This document shows positions 24,811 through 37,254 of a DNA stretch of 64,000 nt, piece by piece. The stretch comes from Mobula birostris (Eukaryota). The stretch lies in contig NC_092386.1 in NCBI RefSeq assembly GCF_030028105.1, forward strand, positions 28,619,721 through 28,683,720. The letters are read 5' to 3'. Each line of letters opens with the position of its first letter. The first letter of the stretch is position 1. The notes under the pieces were generated by a model, which was not told the origin of the DNA, did no database searches, and saw nothing but the letters and a program-made list of their open reading frames with translations. Position numbers and translations under genes: made by a program.

Positions 24811-26447
24811 AGTGTCTTTATATTAGGCAGGAAATGGTGTTGGATAGACTGTTGGGTTTGAAGGCTGATAAGTCCCCGGGACCTGATGGTCTGCATCCCA
24901 GGGTACTTTAAGGAGGTGGCTTTAGAAATCGTGAATGCATTGGTAATCATTTTCCAATGTTCTATAGATCCAGGATCAGTTCCTGTGATTGGAGGGTGGC
25001 TAATGTTGTCTCTCTCTTCAAGAAGGGAGGAAGAGAGAAAACAGGGAATTATAGACCGGTTAGCCTGACGTCGGTGGTGGGAAAGATGCTGGAGTCAATT
25101 ATAAAAGATGAAATTGCGACACATCTGGATAGCAGTAACAGGATCGGTCCAAGTCAGCGTGGATTTATGAAGGGGAAATCGTGCTTGACTAATCTTCTGG
25201 AATTTTTTGAGGATGTAACTATGAAAATGGACAAGGGAGAGCCAGTGGATGTAGTGTACCTGGACTTTCAGAAAGCCTTTGATAAAGTCCCACATAGGAG
25301 ATTAGTGGTCAAAATTTGGGCACATGGTATTGGGGGCAGAGTACTGACATGGATTGAAAATTGGCTGGCTGACAGAAAACAAAGAGTAGAGATTAATGGG
25401 GCCCTTTCGGAATGGCAGGCGGTGAGCAGTGGGGTACCGCAGGGTTCATTGCTGGGACCGCAGCTGTTTACAATATATATTAATGATTTAGATGAGGGAA
25501 TTAAAAGTAACATTAGAAAATTTGCCGATGACACAAAGCTGGGTGGCAGTGTGAAATGTGAGGAGGATGTTACGAGAATGCAGGGTGACTTGGACAGGCT
25601 GGGTGAGTGGGCAGATGCATGGCAGATGCAGTTTAATGTGGATAAATGTGAGGTTATCCACTTTGGTGGTAAGAACGGGAAGACAGGTTATTATCTAAAT
25701 GGAGTCCAGTTAGGAAAAGGGGAAGCACAACGAGATCTAGGTGTTCTTGTACATCAGTCACTGAAAGCAAGCATGCAAGTACAGCAGGCTGTGAAGAAAG
25801 CTAATGGCATGCTGGCCTTCATAACAAGAGGAATTGAGTATAAGAGCAAAGAGGTCCTTCTGCAGCTGTACAGGGCCCTGGTGAGACCACATCTGGAGTA
25901 CTGTGTGCAGTTTTGGTCTCTAAATTTGAGGAAGGACATTCTTGCTATTGAGGGAGTGCAGCATAGGTTCACAAGGTTAATTCCTGGGATGGTGGGACTG
26001 TCATATGTTGAAATATTGGAGCGACTGGGCTTGTATACTCTGGAATTTAGAAGGCTGAAAGGGGATCTTATTGAAACATATAAGATTATTAAGGGATTGG
26101 ACACGCTGGAGGCAGGAAGCATGTTCCCGCTGATGGGTGAGTTGAGAACCATAGGCCACAGTTTAAGAATTAGGAGTAGGCCATTTAGAACGGAGTTGAG
26201 GAAAAACTTTTTCACCCAGAGAGTGGTGGATATATGGAATGCTCTGCCCCAGAAGGCTGTGGAGGCCAAGTCTCTGGATGCTTTCAAGAAAGAGATGGAT
26301 AGAGCTCTTAAAGATAGTGGAATCAAAGGTAATGGGGATAAGGCAGGAACTGGATACTGATTGTGGATGATCAACCATGATCACAATGAATAGTGGTGCT
26401 AGCTCGAAAGGCCGAATGGCCTACTCCTGCACCTATTGTCAATTGTC
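24811..26447 (+). mobile_element. Relatively young 5'-truncated CR1 with a long open RT frame
   Basis: 467-aa ORF 24957..26360 with NYRPVSLTS, LDFQKAFDKVPH, GVPQGS and KFADDTKL. Frameshifts lie upstream; tail CCTATTGTCAATTGTC. Confidence 0.93.
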
Positions 26448-27151
26448 TTACCTGCCAGTCTCTAATTGCACTACAAGATCATCATTCTTTGAATTCTGCA
26501 TGCATTCAAATATATACACTTTCAGTCCTACATCCATCCTCCTTTGATTTTGCCCTCATGTAACATTTCAACTCATCCACTGTCATTTTGCCCTGTTATC
26601 TGCCTGTCCTTCATCACAGACTCGTTACATACTGTATCTATTTGTATACCAACTCCTCCATCCTCGGCCCTATCATTCTGGTTCCCATCCCCCTGCCAAA
26701 TTAGCTTAATCCCTCCCAGACAGTTCCAGCAAACCTGCCCACAAAGATATTGGTCCTCCTTGGGTTCACGTGTAACCCGTCTTTTTTTTGTACAGGTCAT
26801 ACCTTCCGCAGAAGAGATCCCAATGATCCAGAAGTCTGAAACTCTGCCTGCCCCCTGCACCAGTTCCTCAGTCATACATTCATCTGCCAAATCATCCTAC
26901 TCTTTCCCTCACTGGTGTGTGGCACAGTGAGCAATCCACAGATTACTGCACTGGAGGTCCTGCATTTCAGCTTTCTACCTAACTCCCCAAATTCTCTCTT
27001 CAGGACCTCCTTTTCCTACTTACAATATGTCACTGGTACCAATATGTTCACAACTTCTGACTGCTTGCTCTTTCCCCTTTAGAAAATTGTGGACCCGCAC
27101 CGAGACACCTGTAAAACAAAATACCAACAGGTTTCTTTTTCACATCCAAAG

Positions 27152-27832
27152 AATTAGATTATTATATTATGAGGACACTCAGTCCTCGTTTATTGTCATT
27201 TAGAAATGCATGCATACATTAAGAAATCATACAATGTTCCTCCAGAGTGATATCACAAAAAAAACAGGACAAACCCAAGACTAACACTGACAAGACCACA
27301 TAATCATAATATATAGTTACAGCAGTGCAAAGCAATACCATAATTTGATAAAGAGCAGACCATGGGAATGGTTAAAAAAAAGTCTCAAAGTTCCAATCGA
27401 CTCCCGATAGTCCCCGATAGCAGGCGGCAGAAGAGAGAATCTCTCTCTGCCATAAACCTCCAGGCACCGACAACTGTCGATGCATTGGAAGCACCCAACC
27501 ACAGCCGACTCTGAGTCCGTCCGAAAACTTCGAGCCTCCGACCAGCCCTTCGACCCCAAGCACCATCTCTGCCGAGCGCTTTGACCCTGTCCCAACTGCC
27601 GAGCAACAAGCAAAGCCGAGGATTCGGGGCCTTCCCCTCCGGAGATTCCGGATCACACAGTAACAGTGACAGCAAAAAAGGCATTTCAGAAGTTTCTCCA
27701 GATGTTCCTCCATGCTCTCATGTCTGTCTGCATCAAATCAGGATTGTGCACAGCACCCTACTTGACAGATCACAGATATCATTCACTGGAGTGGCTGCAC
27801 AAGCTGCGTCGTGCTGCCATCTTCTCCTCCTC
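27152..27832 (-). mobile_element. Non-autonomous LINE-like repeat inserted in CR1 ORF1
   Basis: Minus strand starts GGAGAAGATGGCAGCACGACGCAGC and ends AATAAACGAGGACTGAGTGTCCTCATAATATAATAATCTAA. CR1 ORF1 sequence lies on both sides. Confidence 0.6.
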
Positions 27833-28917
27833 TTGTCTGCTCCTCTAACTATGGAATCTCCTATCACTTGTGCACTTCTCACCCCTCTCCCTTCTGAACC
27901 ACAGAGGCATCCTCAGTGCCAGAGACCTGCTTGCTGTATTTTCTCCCTGTTGGGTTGTTCTTCCCCCCCCCCCCCCAAACAGTATCTAAAGCAGTATATT
28001 TATTGAGGGGAATGCTCACATGGGTATTCTGCACTACCTGTTTGTTCCCTTTCCCCCTCCTAACATTCACCCAGCTACCTGCTTCCTGAAACTTAAGGGT
28101 GACTAGTAGCTTCTATCTGTCACCTCCTCCTACTCCCTTTTAACCTGAAGGTCATTGAGCTGCATCTGCAGTTCCTTAACGTAGTCTATAGGAAGCTGCA
28201 GCTCAATGCACTTTGTGCAGATATAATGATCAGAGAGTGTGGCGGTCTCCTAAAGTTCCCATATTTCACACAAAGTACATACTATTTACTCTGGACCCAT
28301 TTTCAGTGCACTACCTTTGTACTAATAGACAAGAAAGAGAATAAAAACTTTCTATAAGCTTACTTAGAACCTCTGCCTATGCTTGTTCAAACCTGTTCTC
28401 GCCCAAGCCTGTTGAGCCAAAGCCTGGCCACTCTAACATTGGCCCATTTCAACAATGACCACTCCACTTTCACCTCCTTTTTATTGGCTCAAATAAAGCT
28501 CACTCCTGACAGGACTTGCAGTTTTCAAATGGCTCCCACCCAGCAAGATGCTGATCTCTCACTTGCTACTTCAAACAGGGAAATATTAGAAAAGTTGGCT
28601 GAATATAAAAAGTAGATATACTATTAGGGCCAGATGTGATGCATCTTACAATTTTGAGTGAAGTACTTGAAAGGTAGAGATGCAGACCATAAAATTTCGA
28701 TGCCATTTGAAATCAGGAATGCTTGTGGGGACCTGGAGAGTGATAAATCTTACTCCCTTTTTCAAAGAGTGGATTAAGGATAAGCTACAGATTGGTGATT
28801 TTAAAGATCATGGTGGGAAAGCTTTTAGAAACTTTGAATTGGGACAAGTTACATGGATGAAAATGGAATTGCTAATGGCATGTATTGTCTAAGCAATCTG
28901 ATAGAATGTATTTGGAT

Positions 28918-30120
28918 TAAAGTTCATACTTAAAAGTAAATTTATTAATCAAATTCTGTGTATGTCACCAAATACTACCCTGATGATATTCAGTTTAGAA
29001 ACGTAGAAACCCTACAGCACAATTGAGGCCATTCGGCCCACAAAGCTGTGCCGAACATGTCCTTACCTTAGAAATTACCTAGGGTTACCCATAGCCCTCT
29101 ATTTTTCTAAGGTCTATGTACATATCCAGGAGTTTCTTAAAGGACCCTGTTATATCCGCCTCCACCTCCGTCACCGGCAGCCCATTCCATGCCCTCACCA
29201 CTCTCTGCGTTTAAAAAAAAACAACAACAACTTACCCCTGACATCTCCCCTGTACCTACTTCCAAGCATCTTAAAACTGTGCCTGCTCGTGCTAGCCATT
29301 TCAGCCCTGGGCAAAAAGCCTCTGACTGTCCACAGGATCGATGCCTCTCATCATCTTGTACACCTCTATCAGGTCACCTCTCATCCTCCAACACTCCAAG
29401 GAGAAAAGGCCAGGTTCACTCAACCTATTCTCATAAGGCATGCTCCCCAATCCAGGCACATCCTTGTACATCTCCTCTGCACCCTTCCTATGATTTCCAC
29501 ATCCTTCCTGTAGTGAGAGACCAGAACTGAGCACAGTGCTCCAAGTGGGGTCTGACCAGGGTCCTATATAGCTGCAACATTACCTCTCGGCTCTTAAACT
29601 CAATCCCATGATTGATGAAGGCCAATGCACCGTATGCCTTCTTAACCACAGAGTCAACCTGCACAGCAGCTTTGAGTGTCCTGTGGAGTCGGACCCCAAG
29701 ATTCCTCTGATCCTCCACACTGCCAAGAGTCTTACCATTAATACTATATTCTGCCAAAATACTTTTTTTTGGGGGCGGGTGTGGTATTCACAGTAGATAC
29801 AAAGAAACATAATATAATCATTAAAAAACTACACACAAAGATGGAAAAATAACCAAAGTGCACAAGAAGACAAACTATGCAATTCTTAAAAAAATACAAA
29901 TAATAACATACATAATATTGAAAATATGAGTTGTAGAGTCCTTGAAAGTGTCCATAGGTTCTGAAATAGTTCAATTTTTGAGGTGAGTGAAGTTGTCCAC
30001 ACTGCTTCTAGAGCCTGATAGTTGAAGGGTAATCCTGAACCTGGTGGTATGGGACCTAAGCCTCCTGAATCTCCTTCCTGATGACAGCAGCGAGAAGAGA
30101 GCATGGCTTGGATGGTGTCT
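28918..30120 (-). mobile_element. Rex1-type LINE 3' end split by a CR1
   Basis: The tail AAAGTAAATTTATTA..TATGTCACCA at ~28930 matches the element at 8785 and resumes at ~29780. Confidence 0.6.
28996..29757 (-). mobile_element. 5'-truncated CR1
   Basis: ORFs 29488..29757 and 29301..29534(-): KKAYGALAFIN..LVRPHLEHCAQFWS and RMRGDLIEVYK. Confidence 0.88.
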
Positions 30121-30142
30121 GATACTAATAAAACAAGCTGCT

Positions 30143-30562
30143 CAGAATCAGAATCAGGTTTATTATCAGTGGTATGTGATGTGAAATTTGTTAACTTAGC
30201 AGCAGCAGTTCAATGCAATACATAACCTAGTAGAGGAAAAAATAATAATAAATAAAATAAAAAATAAGAATAATAGATAAACAAATCAATTACGTATATC
30301 GAATAGATTTTTTTTAATGTGCAAAAACAGAAATACTGTATATTTTTTTAAAAAGTGAGGTAGTGTCCAAAGATTCAATGTCCATGTAGGAATCAGATGG
30401 CTGAGGGGAAGAAGCTGTTCCTGAATCACTGAGTGTGTCCCTTCAGGCTTCTGTATCTCCTACCTGATGGTAACAGTGAGAAAAGGGCATGCCCTGGGTG
30501 CTGAGGTCCTTAATAATGGATGCTGCCTTTCTGAGACACTGCTCCCTGAAGATGTCCTGGGT
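30143..30562 (-). mobile_element. Rex1/Babar-type LINE 3' end with a (TGATTC)n tail
   Basis: Closely similar to 40264-40660, starting AGAATCAGAATCAGGTTTATTATCA on the + strand. Confidence 0.8.
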
Positions 30563-30768
30563 ATTATATTTGAGTCTTTAGTCTATGATCTTTAGTTGTC
30601 TTGTTTGGTGTCTAAAAATGCTACTGACAAAGTAATAATTGAAATCTTTGTCTTATTTCAATCAAGTAATAGAAATGTTAGAAAGCAAAGCTTATTTTGG
30701 TCCTATATTAGAAATGCGAAAAGATGCCATTCATTTATGAGGTATATAATAATCTATCTTTTGAGCAG

Positions 30769-30852
30769 TTTGGCATTGTTGATGGAGATGGATTCTTGAG
30801 CTTCTGGCAAACAAGTCCAATTGCTTTTGGAGCCACACCAAAACCTTATTTG
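30769..30852 (+). CDS. DMXL1: DMXL1 coding exon (FGIVDGDGFLSFWQTSPIAFGATPKPYL)
   Basis: Acceptor gcag|TTT, donor TTG|gtaagc; 84 nt, phase 0-0. Confidence 0.93.
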
Positions 30853-30939
30853 GTAAGCCAATAATTTGTTGTATTTGGTTATTTAAATTTCATATTTTAA
30901 TAAAACAGCTTATAATATGAATTATGTTTTATTTTTCAG

Positions 30940-31031
30940 ACTTGGCAGTGCCACAACAAAACTGCAAATGATTTTCTTTTCATTAGTTCCTCCACTTTAA
31001 TTGCAACTGCAGGACAGTCTAGTGACAACAG
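30940..31031 (+). CDS. DMXL1: DMXL1 coding exon (TWQCHNKTANDFLFISSSTLIATAGQSSDNR)
   Basis: Acceptor ttcag|ACT, donor AG|gtaaga; 92 nt, phase 0-2; follows an 87-nt intron. Confidence 0.94.
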
Positions 31032-32079
31032 GTAAGATTAAGAAGTGGATGTTTTGGATATATTAATCAATATATTCTTTAATTAATAGTATAAACAAAT
31101 AGTGCCCATTTTGGAATATTTTAGAGAAAACTGGACAAATGTTATCATGGGAGCAACCATTGTTGGACATTCTCAGGATAAATGATATTTACTATTGCTC
31201 TGCCAGGCTAGTGTATGTACTGGTTAAATTAAGTGATCGATACAGTTTATTCCAGAGAAATATGAGGTAATACATTTTTGTAGAAAGAATCTAAAGGATA
31301 CAAGTCTAAACTGGTGCTATTCATCACAATAACACACACTTAATTTTGTTTCTGGGAACATGAAGATGTGAAGATCCAAAAGACTGCATATATGATAATC
31401 TAAAGCAAAAAGTAAACTAGTGGAAGACTCGAATTCTGCTGGTATCTCATGTAACCCTCACAGAGGATGGATATAGCAATCTGTAATATTTAATACTCTG
31501 TGTACCTAATGAGTGTGCTCCCCTTTGAGTTGTATTTCTCTCCCCATAAATTGTAGATTAAATGCTGGAAGCACTCAGCAGATCAGGCAGTATCTTTGGG
31601 AAAAGAAATAGTTAAGGTTACAGGTTGAATACCGTACCTAAGAACTGGGAAAGAGATGGTTAAACGCATGGTTTAAGTTGCAGAGAAGATGGCATGAGAA
31701 ATGGCTAAAACAAAGGGAATATCTGTAATAGGATGAAGCCATGTGAAATGGATTGATAGCGACAGTTAGTGAATGAGTATTGTGCTTTGTGTTATGTATT
31801 GTTAATAGGCTCTGGCACATGTCCAATGGTCACACTTTACCAAAGGAGCATATAAAAATCAGATCTGATATCACAATTGAATATATGGCAGAAATGGGCA
31901 GTTTTGATATGGACATAAAAAGTAAGAAAATGGAAATACTAAATGAGCAGGTGTTGCATCTTATGATGCTGCATGAGAAAACACCCACTGCCCTGCTCTT
32001 AACAACAAAACACACACAAAGGACCATAACTGCCATTTAGCTCCCCCATTATTGTTGATGCAAAGGATGTGTTGTGATC

Positions 32080-33150
32080 AGGACATTGTGATTCTGAAGT
32101 GGGATACAAATTGTGTGGAAACTGGCGTTTAGTATAGGGAAGTGTAAAGCTATGCACGTTGGTAAGAGGATTCAAAAGGAAGATTGTTATCTAAATGGAG
32201 AGAGACTGCAGATGAGTGAGTTCAGAAGGATCTGGTATGCATGAATCATAGAAAGTTAGCAGTTGAGAAAGCACATTGGCCTTTATTGCACAGGGGTTTG
32301 AGCTTAGGAGTATAGAGGTTTTGTAATTTATCTTATTTAGAGATAGAACATGGAGCAAGCAAGCCACACTGCCCAGCAACCCATCTATTCAAAATTAGTC
32401 TAATCGCAGGACAATTCACAAGGACCAATTAACCTACTAAATGGTACGTTTTTAGACTGTGGGAGGAAACCAGAGCACCCAGAGGAAATCCATGCAGCGA
32501 CAGGGGGAATGTACAAACTCCTTACAGACAGTGCCAGAATTGAACTCTAAACTCGAATGCCCCAAGCTGTAATAGTGTCATGCTGACTGCTACATTACTG
32601 TGGCACCCTAATTTGACAGCAGGTTAGAATGGCAACACCTGGACCATTAACCTAAAAAAAAGGATAACAAGTAGCATTGGAATCAGTGCAAAGGAAATTT
32701 GCCAAGATAATTCTTGGTATAAAGCTCTGTCCTGTCAACAGAGACCAAGCAGTTTGGGTCTGTATCACTTTGGAGTTTGGAAGAATGGAAGGTTAACATT
32801 ATTTAAATATATTAGATCCTAAAAGTTGGGCAGGGGGGCTTGGCAGAGTAAATTTGAGATGTTTTCACTGACGGAAGAGTCACAAACATGAGAACAAAGC
32901 TGGAAAATAAAGGGCCAGTCATATAAACTGAGTTGTGTGGAAATTTCTTCTCTCAAGGTAGTGAAACTCTGAATTTCTCTTTCCCTAAGAGTGATGTATT
33001 TTAATGTGGAGAACGATAAATATTTGAAAGATTGAGGTATTCAGAGTTATGGGGAACTGATACAATAGCTGGGACCAACATAAATCAGCAACCATCTTAT
33101 TGAATGATTGGCAGGCCTGGTGGCCTACTCCTGCTGCTGTTTTCTTTTAC
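32080..33150 (+). mobile_element. Decayed CR1 3' part containing an HE1-like SINE (~32330-32610, minus strand)
   Basis: CR1 motifs (AAGTGTAAAGCTATGCAC, GGCCTACTCCTGCT tail). The insert has GACTGTGGGAGGAAACCAGAGCACCCAGAGGAAA, like the SINE at 17870. Confidence 0.65.
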
Positions 33151-33454
33151 TCTTATTAATCCATTTGACCTCAACTCATTTTGTCATAAATGTTTCTCTT
33201 ATCTTATCCATCCTTCCATCACCTTCTCTATAAATGAAAATTACTCCTTTAATCTTTCTTTCACATCTATGTGAAGAGTCTCCAACCTGAAATGGTAACT
33301 TTTCTAACTCCGCAAATGCTTCCTGACCAGCTGAGTGTTTTCTTGCATTTTCAGTTTTATTTTCACATTTCAGTATCTGTAGTTTCTACTCAACTTAAAT
33401 GGAGATGTCATTTCTAAAGTATTTAAAAAGAAGCACTTTTTTTTTCTCCCTTAG

Positions 33455-33507
33455 GAATATCTGCCTCTGGGATACACTCATGCCACAAGCTAATAGTCTT
33501 GTTCATG
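33455..33507 (+). CDS. DMXL1: DMXL1 coding exon (NICLWDTLMPQANSLVH)
   Basis: Acceptor ccttag|G, donor G|gtgagt; 53 nt, phase 2-1. Confidence 0.92.
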
Positions 33508-34911
33508 GTGAGTTGAATCAACAAACATATTTCAAATATGCAGTTACTGTATGTTCATCGCAAGTTTTATGGGACCTTTTAAAAAGTTTGAAGAATAATT
33601 AGAGATTTGGACTAATGAACATGGTCCACTTCAAAGTTACTTAAAGAAAAATTATAGATCAAAAATTGACACTCTGTTCAGCTGCTGAGGGTCTTGAATT
33701 CTTGGCCTGGATTCTCTGCCTCTTTTGCCTCCTTTCAGACATGACTTTCAAACATAATCCTTAGACTATAATGTCATCATCTGCCGTCATATCACATTGC
33801 TTCAATAGGTGTTTGAAGCATCGTTGGTAGTTCTTTTAATTTAAACGTGCAAAAAAAATCCAGTTATTATTAAGATGGGTTTATCCAAATTTTAATATAT
33901 GAGATTTAAATAAAATAAACTGCGAAGCTTTGCAGAAATTTTGTTTACAGAATTATGCTGTTTTTGGGTGAAATATGCATTAAAGTATAATGGATCACTC
34001 TACTATTACTATCAAGCTAGTGGTTGTTGTGAATGGACATGCAAGCAAATCTTGCAATTTGTAGCTTTTCTTTAATGTGTGAAAGGAGGCAGGTCTTTCT
34101 TTCCAAGAATGATTTGTGTTTGGTTCCCAAAGCCAACTCGTACCTCATACCATTGTTATTTGCTGTGATTACATTTAAACTCTTGGATTTGGATTGAAAT
34201 ACGTAATGTGCAATCTCTTGGTAAAATTCTCTCATAAGGTCATGCTCTCTACAGTGTCATTCTACGTAACTGAAAGAGGTAAAATATCTGTCCTTTTACC
34301 ATTTCCCTTGTTATCCAGAAACCCAACCACTCCTAAGTGAAGCATTAAATTAATTTCACTTCCAATATGGTATGCACAATTCAGTGCTCAGTTTGTGGGT
34401 AACTGCTTTTGAGAACATCTCAATTCAGTTGGAAAGTGTGACCCTCAGCTTCCAGGTGCCAGTCATTTCAAGCAACCCAACCACGTTATCTACTTTATTT
34501 GGCTGTCTGTATAGTTTCGGTGAAAGTTGAAGAAGGCTCGAGGATCTTCCAACATTGAGCATTGCAGCTTTCATGACTCAGAACTGAATTCAATAGTTTC
34601 ACATTCAGCATTCAGATTTATACCTTGTTGTTATGTTTTGTAACTCCAAAACATACAAATAATACAAAGGAAAAGATGGAGCTGGAAATGCATGTCTTAG
34701 CTTCATTTTTACTTCATCGCGGTGTGCATTTATGACATGGTGGCATAATGACGTATACAAATTATATACTTAACACGTAACCCACCAGTGCATTATGTGA
34801 ACAACAGAGAATGCTTAACCAAACAATATATTTACAATCTTACTCAAAAAGGACTGCAACAGTGACATGTCCTTTGGCCTTGGGGTATCAACCAGTGCTT
34901 GAATTTTCTGC

Positions 34912-35990
34912 TGTGTACATACATCTACTGATGCTTCTGGACACATCTTCAGTGATGTTCGTAGAATCATCGGGTGTTGCGGCTCTTTCAACGTCATACA
35001 CCCTCCTCCAGGTGACCCAGCCGGGGCTGATCAGACCCTAGCTTGTGTCCAGATGGCTAGCTATTTATGACTCCGTGGCTCCCCTCTTTTGAGCCACAGC
35101 CATCTTGAGGACCTCTCTGCCGCATCGGTGGTACTGTGGATGGCTCTCCTCTTCCTCTCTCCCTCGATGCCCAAAATGCTGAAGGCTCTAACTAAGGAAT
35201 GGGCTACGAATCCCCTACAACCAACCTCCACTGGAAGACACTTCGCTCTCCATCCAGCCTGCTGACAGTTGCTGACCAATCCTGCGTACTTGGAGAGCTT
35301 CCTTTCAAAGGCCTCTTCCAAGCGATCTTCCCATGGGACTGTCAGCTCCAGCAGCACCACTTGCTTGGTAGACTCAGACACAAGAAAAATGTCCGGTCGC
35401 AGGGTGGTGGCTGCAATATGGTTGGGGGACTTCAGCTGCCGTTCGAGGTCCATCAACAGCTGCCAGTCCTTTGCAGAGGTCAGGATGCCTGCAGATGTTC
35501 TTTTGGTGGGTCTTGGCTGCTCCCCAACTCTGACAAAGGCAATGGTCTGCTTGGAGGGTCAGGACTGCTTCACCCACTCAACTCCTACGCTGACAGCTTC
35601 GGCAATGGTCTTCAGGACCTGATCATGCCTCCACCTGTACCGTTCCTCACCAAGTGCCCTTGCGCAGCCGCTGAGGATGTGCTCCAGGGTTCCTCGCTTG
35701 GAGCATAGTGGGCATGCAGGTGACTCATACATTGCCTGGATGAGAAATTGGATGCGGTGTGGTTCGGCTTTCCAAATATCAGCACAGGTCACTTTCCTCT
35801 CAACCGCATTCTCCCATCTTGTTCAAGCCCCCTGTTGCTTCATTCCCACTGCCTTGCAGGCTCTCGTCTCCTCCACTACTGCTCTCACCCCTCCTGAACT
35901 AGACAACGCCTTTCCTTCCCTCTGGTGTCCATTTGGGGAGTTGCAAAGGATCCTAGCCCAGGTCAGCCTCATGTGACCACTCCCACCAGC
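34912..35990 (-). mobile_element. HERO/R2-group non-LTR retrotransposon 3' part (CCHC knuckle + restriction-like endonuclease)
   Basis: CPLC..TLEHILSGC..YRWRHDQVL and RPDIFLV..ELTVPWEDRLEEAFERKLSKY..PVEVGCRGF. It interrupts Gypsy pol. Confidence 0.85.
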
Positions 35991-37004
35991 AGCACACTTG
36001 TGTAAAACTTGTGCGTTAATGGTGTGACAACAGTGATGATTGGATTAAAGAATTCACAATTGTTGCATCATGCTCTGAGCTAGTAATCTTTTTAACACTG
36101 TCTTGAGAGTTGGAGATGTTCCTTGTCATCCTTACTGATAATAATGATGTCATCCAGGTAACTCTGAGTGTCAGGGGAACCTTGCAGCGCCTTGTCCGTA
36201 ACTTTCTGCCAGAGTGCAGGAACAGATGCTACTCCAAAAGTAAGCTTATTATAGTGGTAAAGTCTTTTGTGAGTGTTTATCGTGAGAAACACTTAGGACG
36301 CTTCTTCCGTCTCCATTTGTAGGTGGGCCTCAGCTAAGTCCATTTTGCTGAAGAGTTTTCTTCCAGAAAGGTTTGCAAAGATATCATCTATCCTGGTCAG
36401 AGGGTATTGATCTACTTTCAGTACTGGGTTGATGGCAACCTTAACACCGCAGATCCTGAGAGACCTGTTCTTCTTGGCTACTTGTTGAATGACAGAAATA
36501 GTCCACTCCGTGTCCAATTCCATTTAATTTGATTTGTCGTTCACTTCTGGTGTAAACCCTATCTGTTGTCTGTAGTTTTCACATTCTAAGTCTCAAGGCT
36601 ACTCAATCCTATGTCACTCTCATTACTATCAGATTTTCATGCAGATTATTGTTCTTTTTGAAACTGCAATTTGACTTTTTTCTTTATTTGTTGCCTGTGC
36701 AGTTCATTTATTTTTGTCTGCTTTACACGCTCTTTGTATGTGCTCTACTTTTTTTTTGCATTTTCTGCAAGAGCCACTGCTACAATGGTAATACAATTTC
36801 TTCAGCCAGGCCAGGCAGGTTTCTGTTTAAACGTTTCAATTTTGGTCACATTCACTTATATTCCTAACTGCAATTTAATTGCGTCTCTATCTGCTGCTTC
36901 TATTGATAGAGCTATTTCAACTCTTCTATTAAATTTTTGTGCTTCATTTAGGAGCTGTTTTTCAATGTTTTTTTGTAAGATTCCACAAACTAAACAATCT
37001 CAAA

Positions 37005-37254
37005 AACCTCCACTGGGAGACACTTCGCTCTCCATCCAGCCTGCTGACAGTTGCTGACCAATCCTGCGTACTTGGAGAGCTTCCTTTCAAAGGGTCTTTT
37101 AAGAGACTCCTAGATAGGTACATGGTGTTTACAAAAATAGAGAGCTATGCGGTATGGAAATTCTGGGCAGTTTCAGAGTAAGTTACATGGTCAGCACAGC
37201 ATTGTGGGTCGAAGGGCCTGTAATGTGCTGTAGATTTCTATGTTCTATGTTCTT
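37005..37254 (+). mobile_element. Chimeric insert: 89-bp copy of 35223-35311 fused to a short CR1 3' end
   Basis: Direct comparison shows one mismatch. The CR1 part runs GGGTCTTTTAAGAGACTCCTAGATAGG..TTCTATGTTCTATGTTCT. The insert interrupts Gypsy gag. Confidence 0.8.

Larger units (their letters stand above)
24050..28570 (-). mobile_element. Older CR1 retaining ORF1 and its 5' region, internally deleted, hosting two inserts
   Basis: 3' tail at ~24055; endonuclease start SWELNIQGY at ~24780; ORF1 pieces RRGKGNKQVVQNT..IPLNKYTALDTV and a Cys-rich CTLCEIW..YICTKCIELQL segment at ~28170-28285. Confidence 0.75.

Noticed and set aside
24957-26360. 467-aa reverse transcriptase ORF as a domesticated gene or retron/DGR-type system
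   Set aside because: It is an ordinary 5'-truncated CR1 ORF2 with upstream frameshifts and a CR1 3' tail; several similar copies lie in the window.
25754-26374. 206-aa antisense ORF (also 12479-12661, 25268-25534, 40811-41170)
   Set aside because: Shadow frames opposite LINE RT sequence; no independent gene signals.
34940-35045. Possible hammerhead in the HERO 3' UTR
   Set aside because: A stem is present (GGGTGT/ACACCC), but there is no correctly placed CUGANGA, and the GAAA position reads GCAA.
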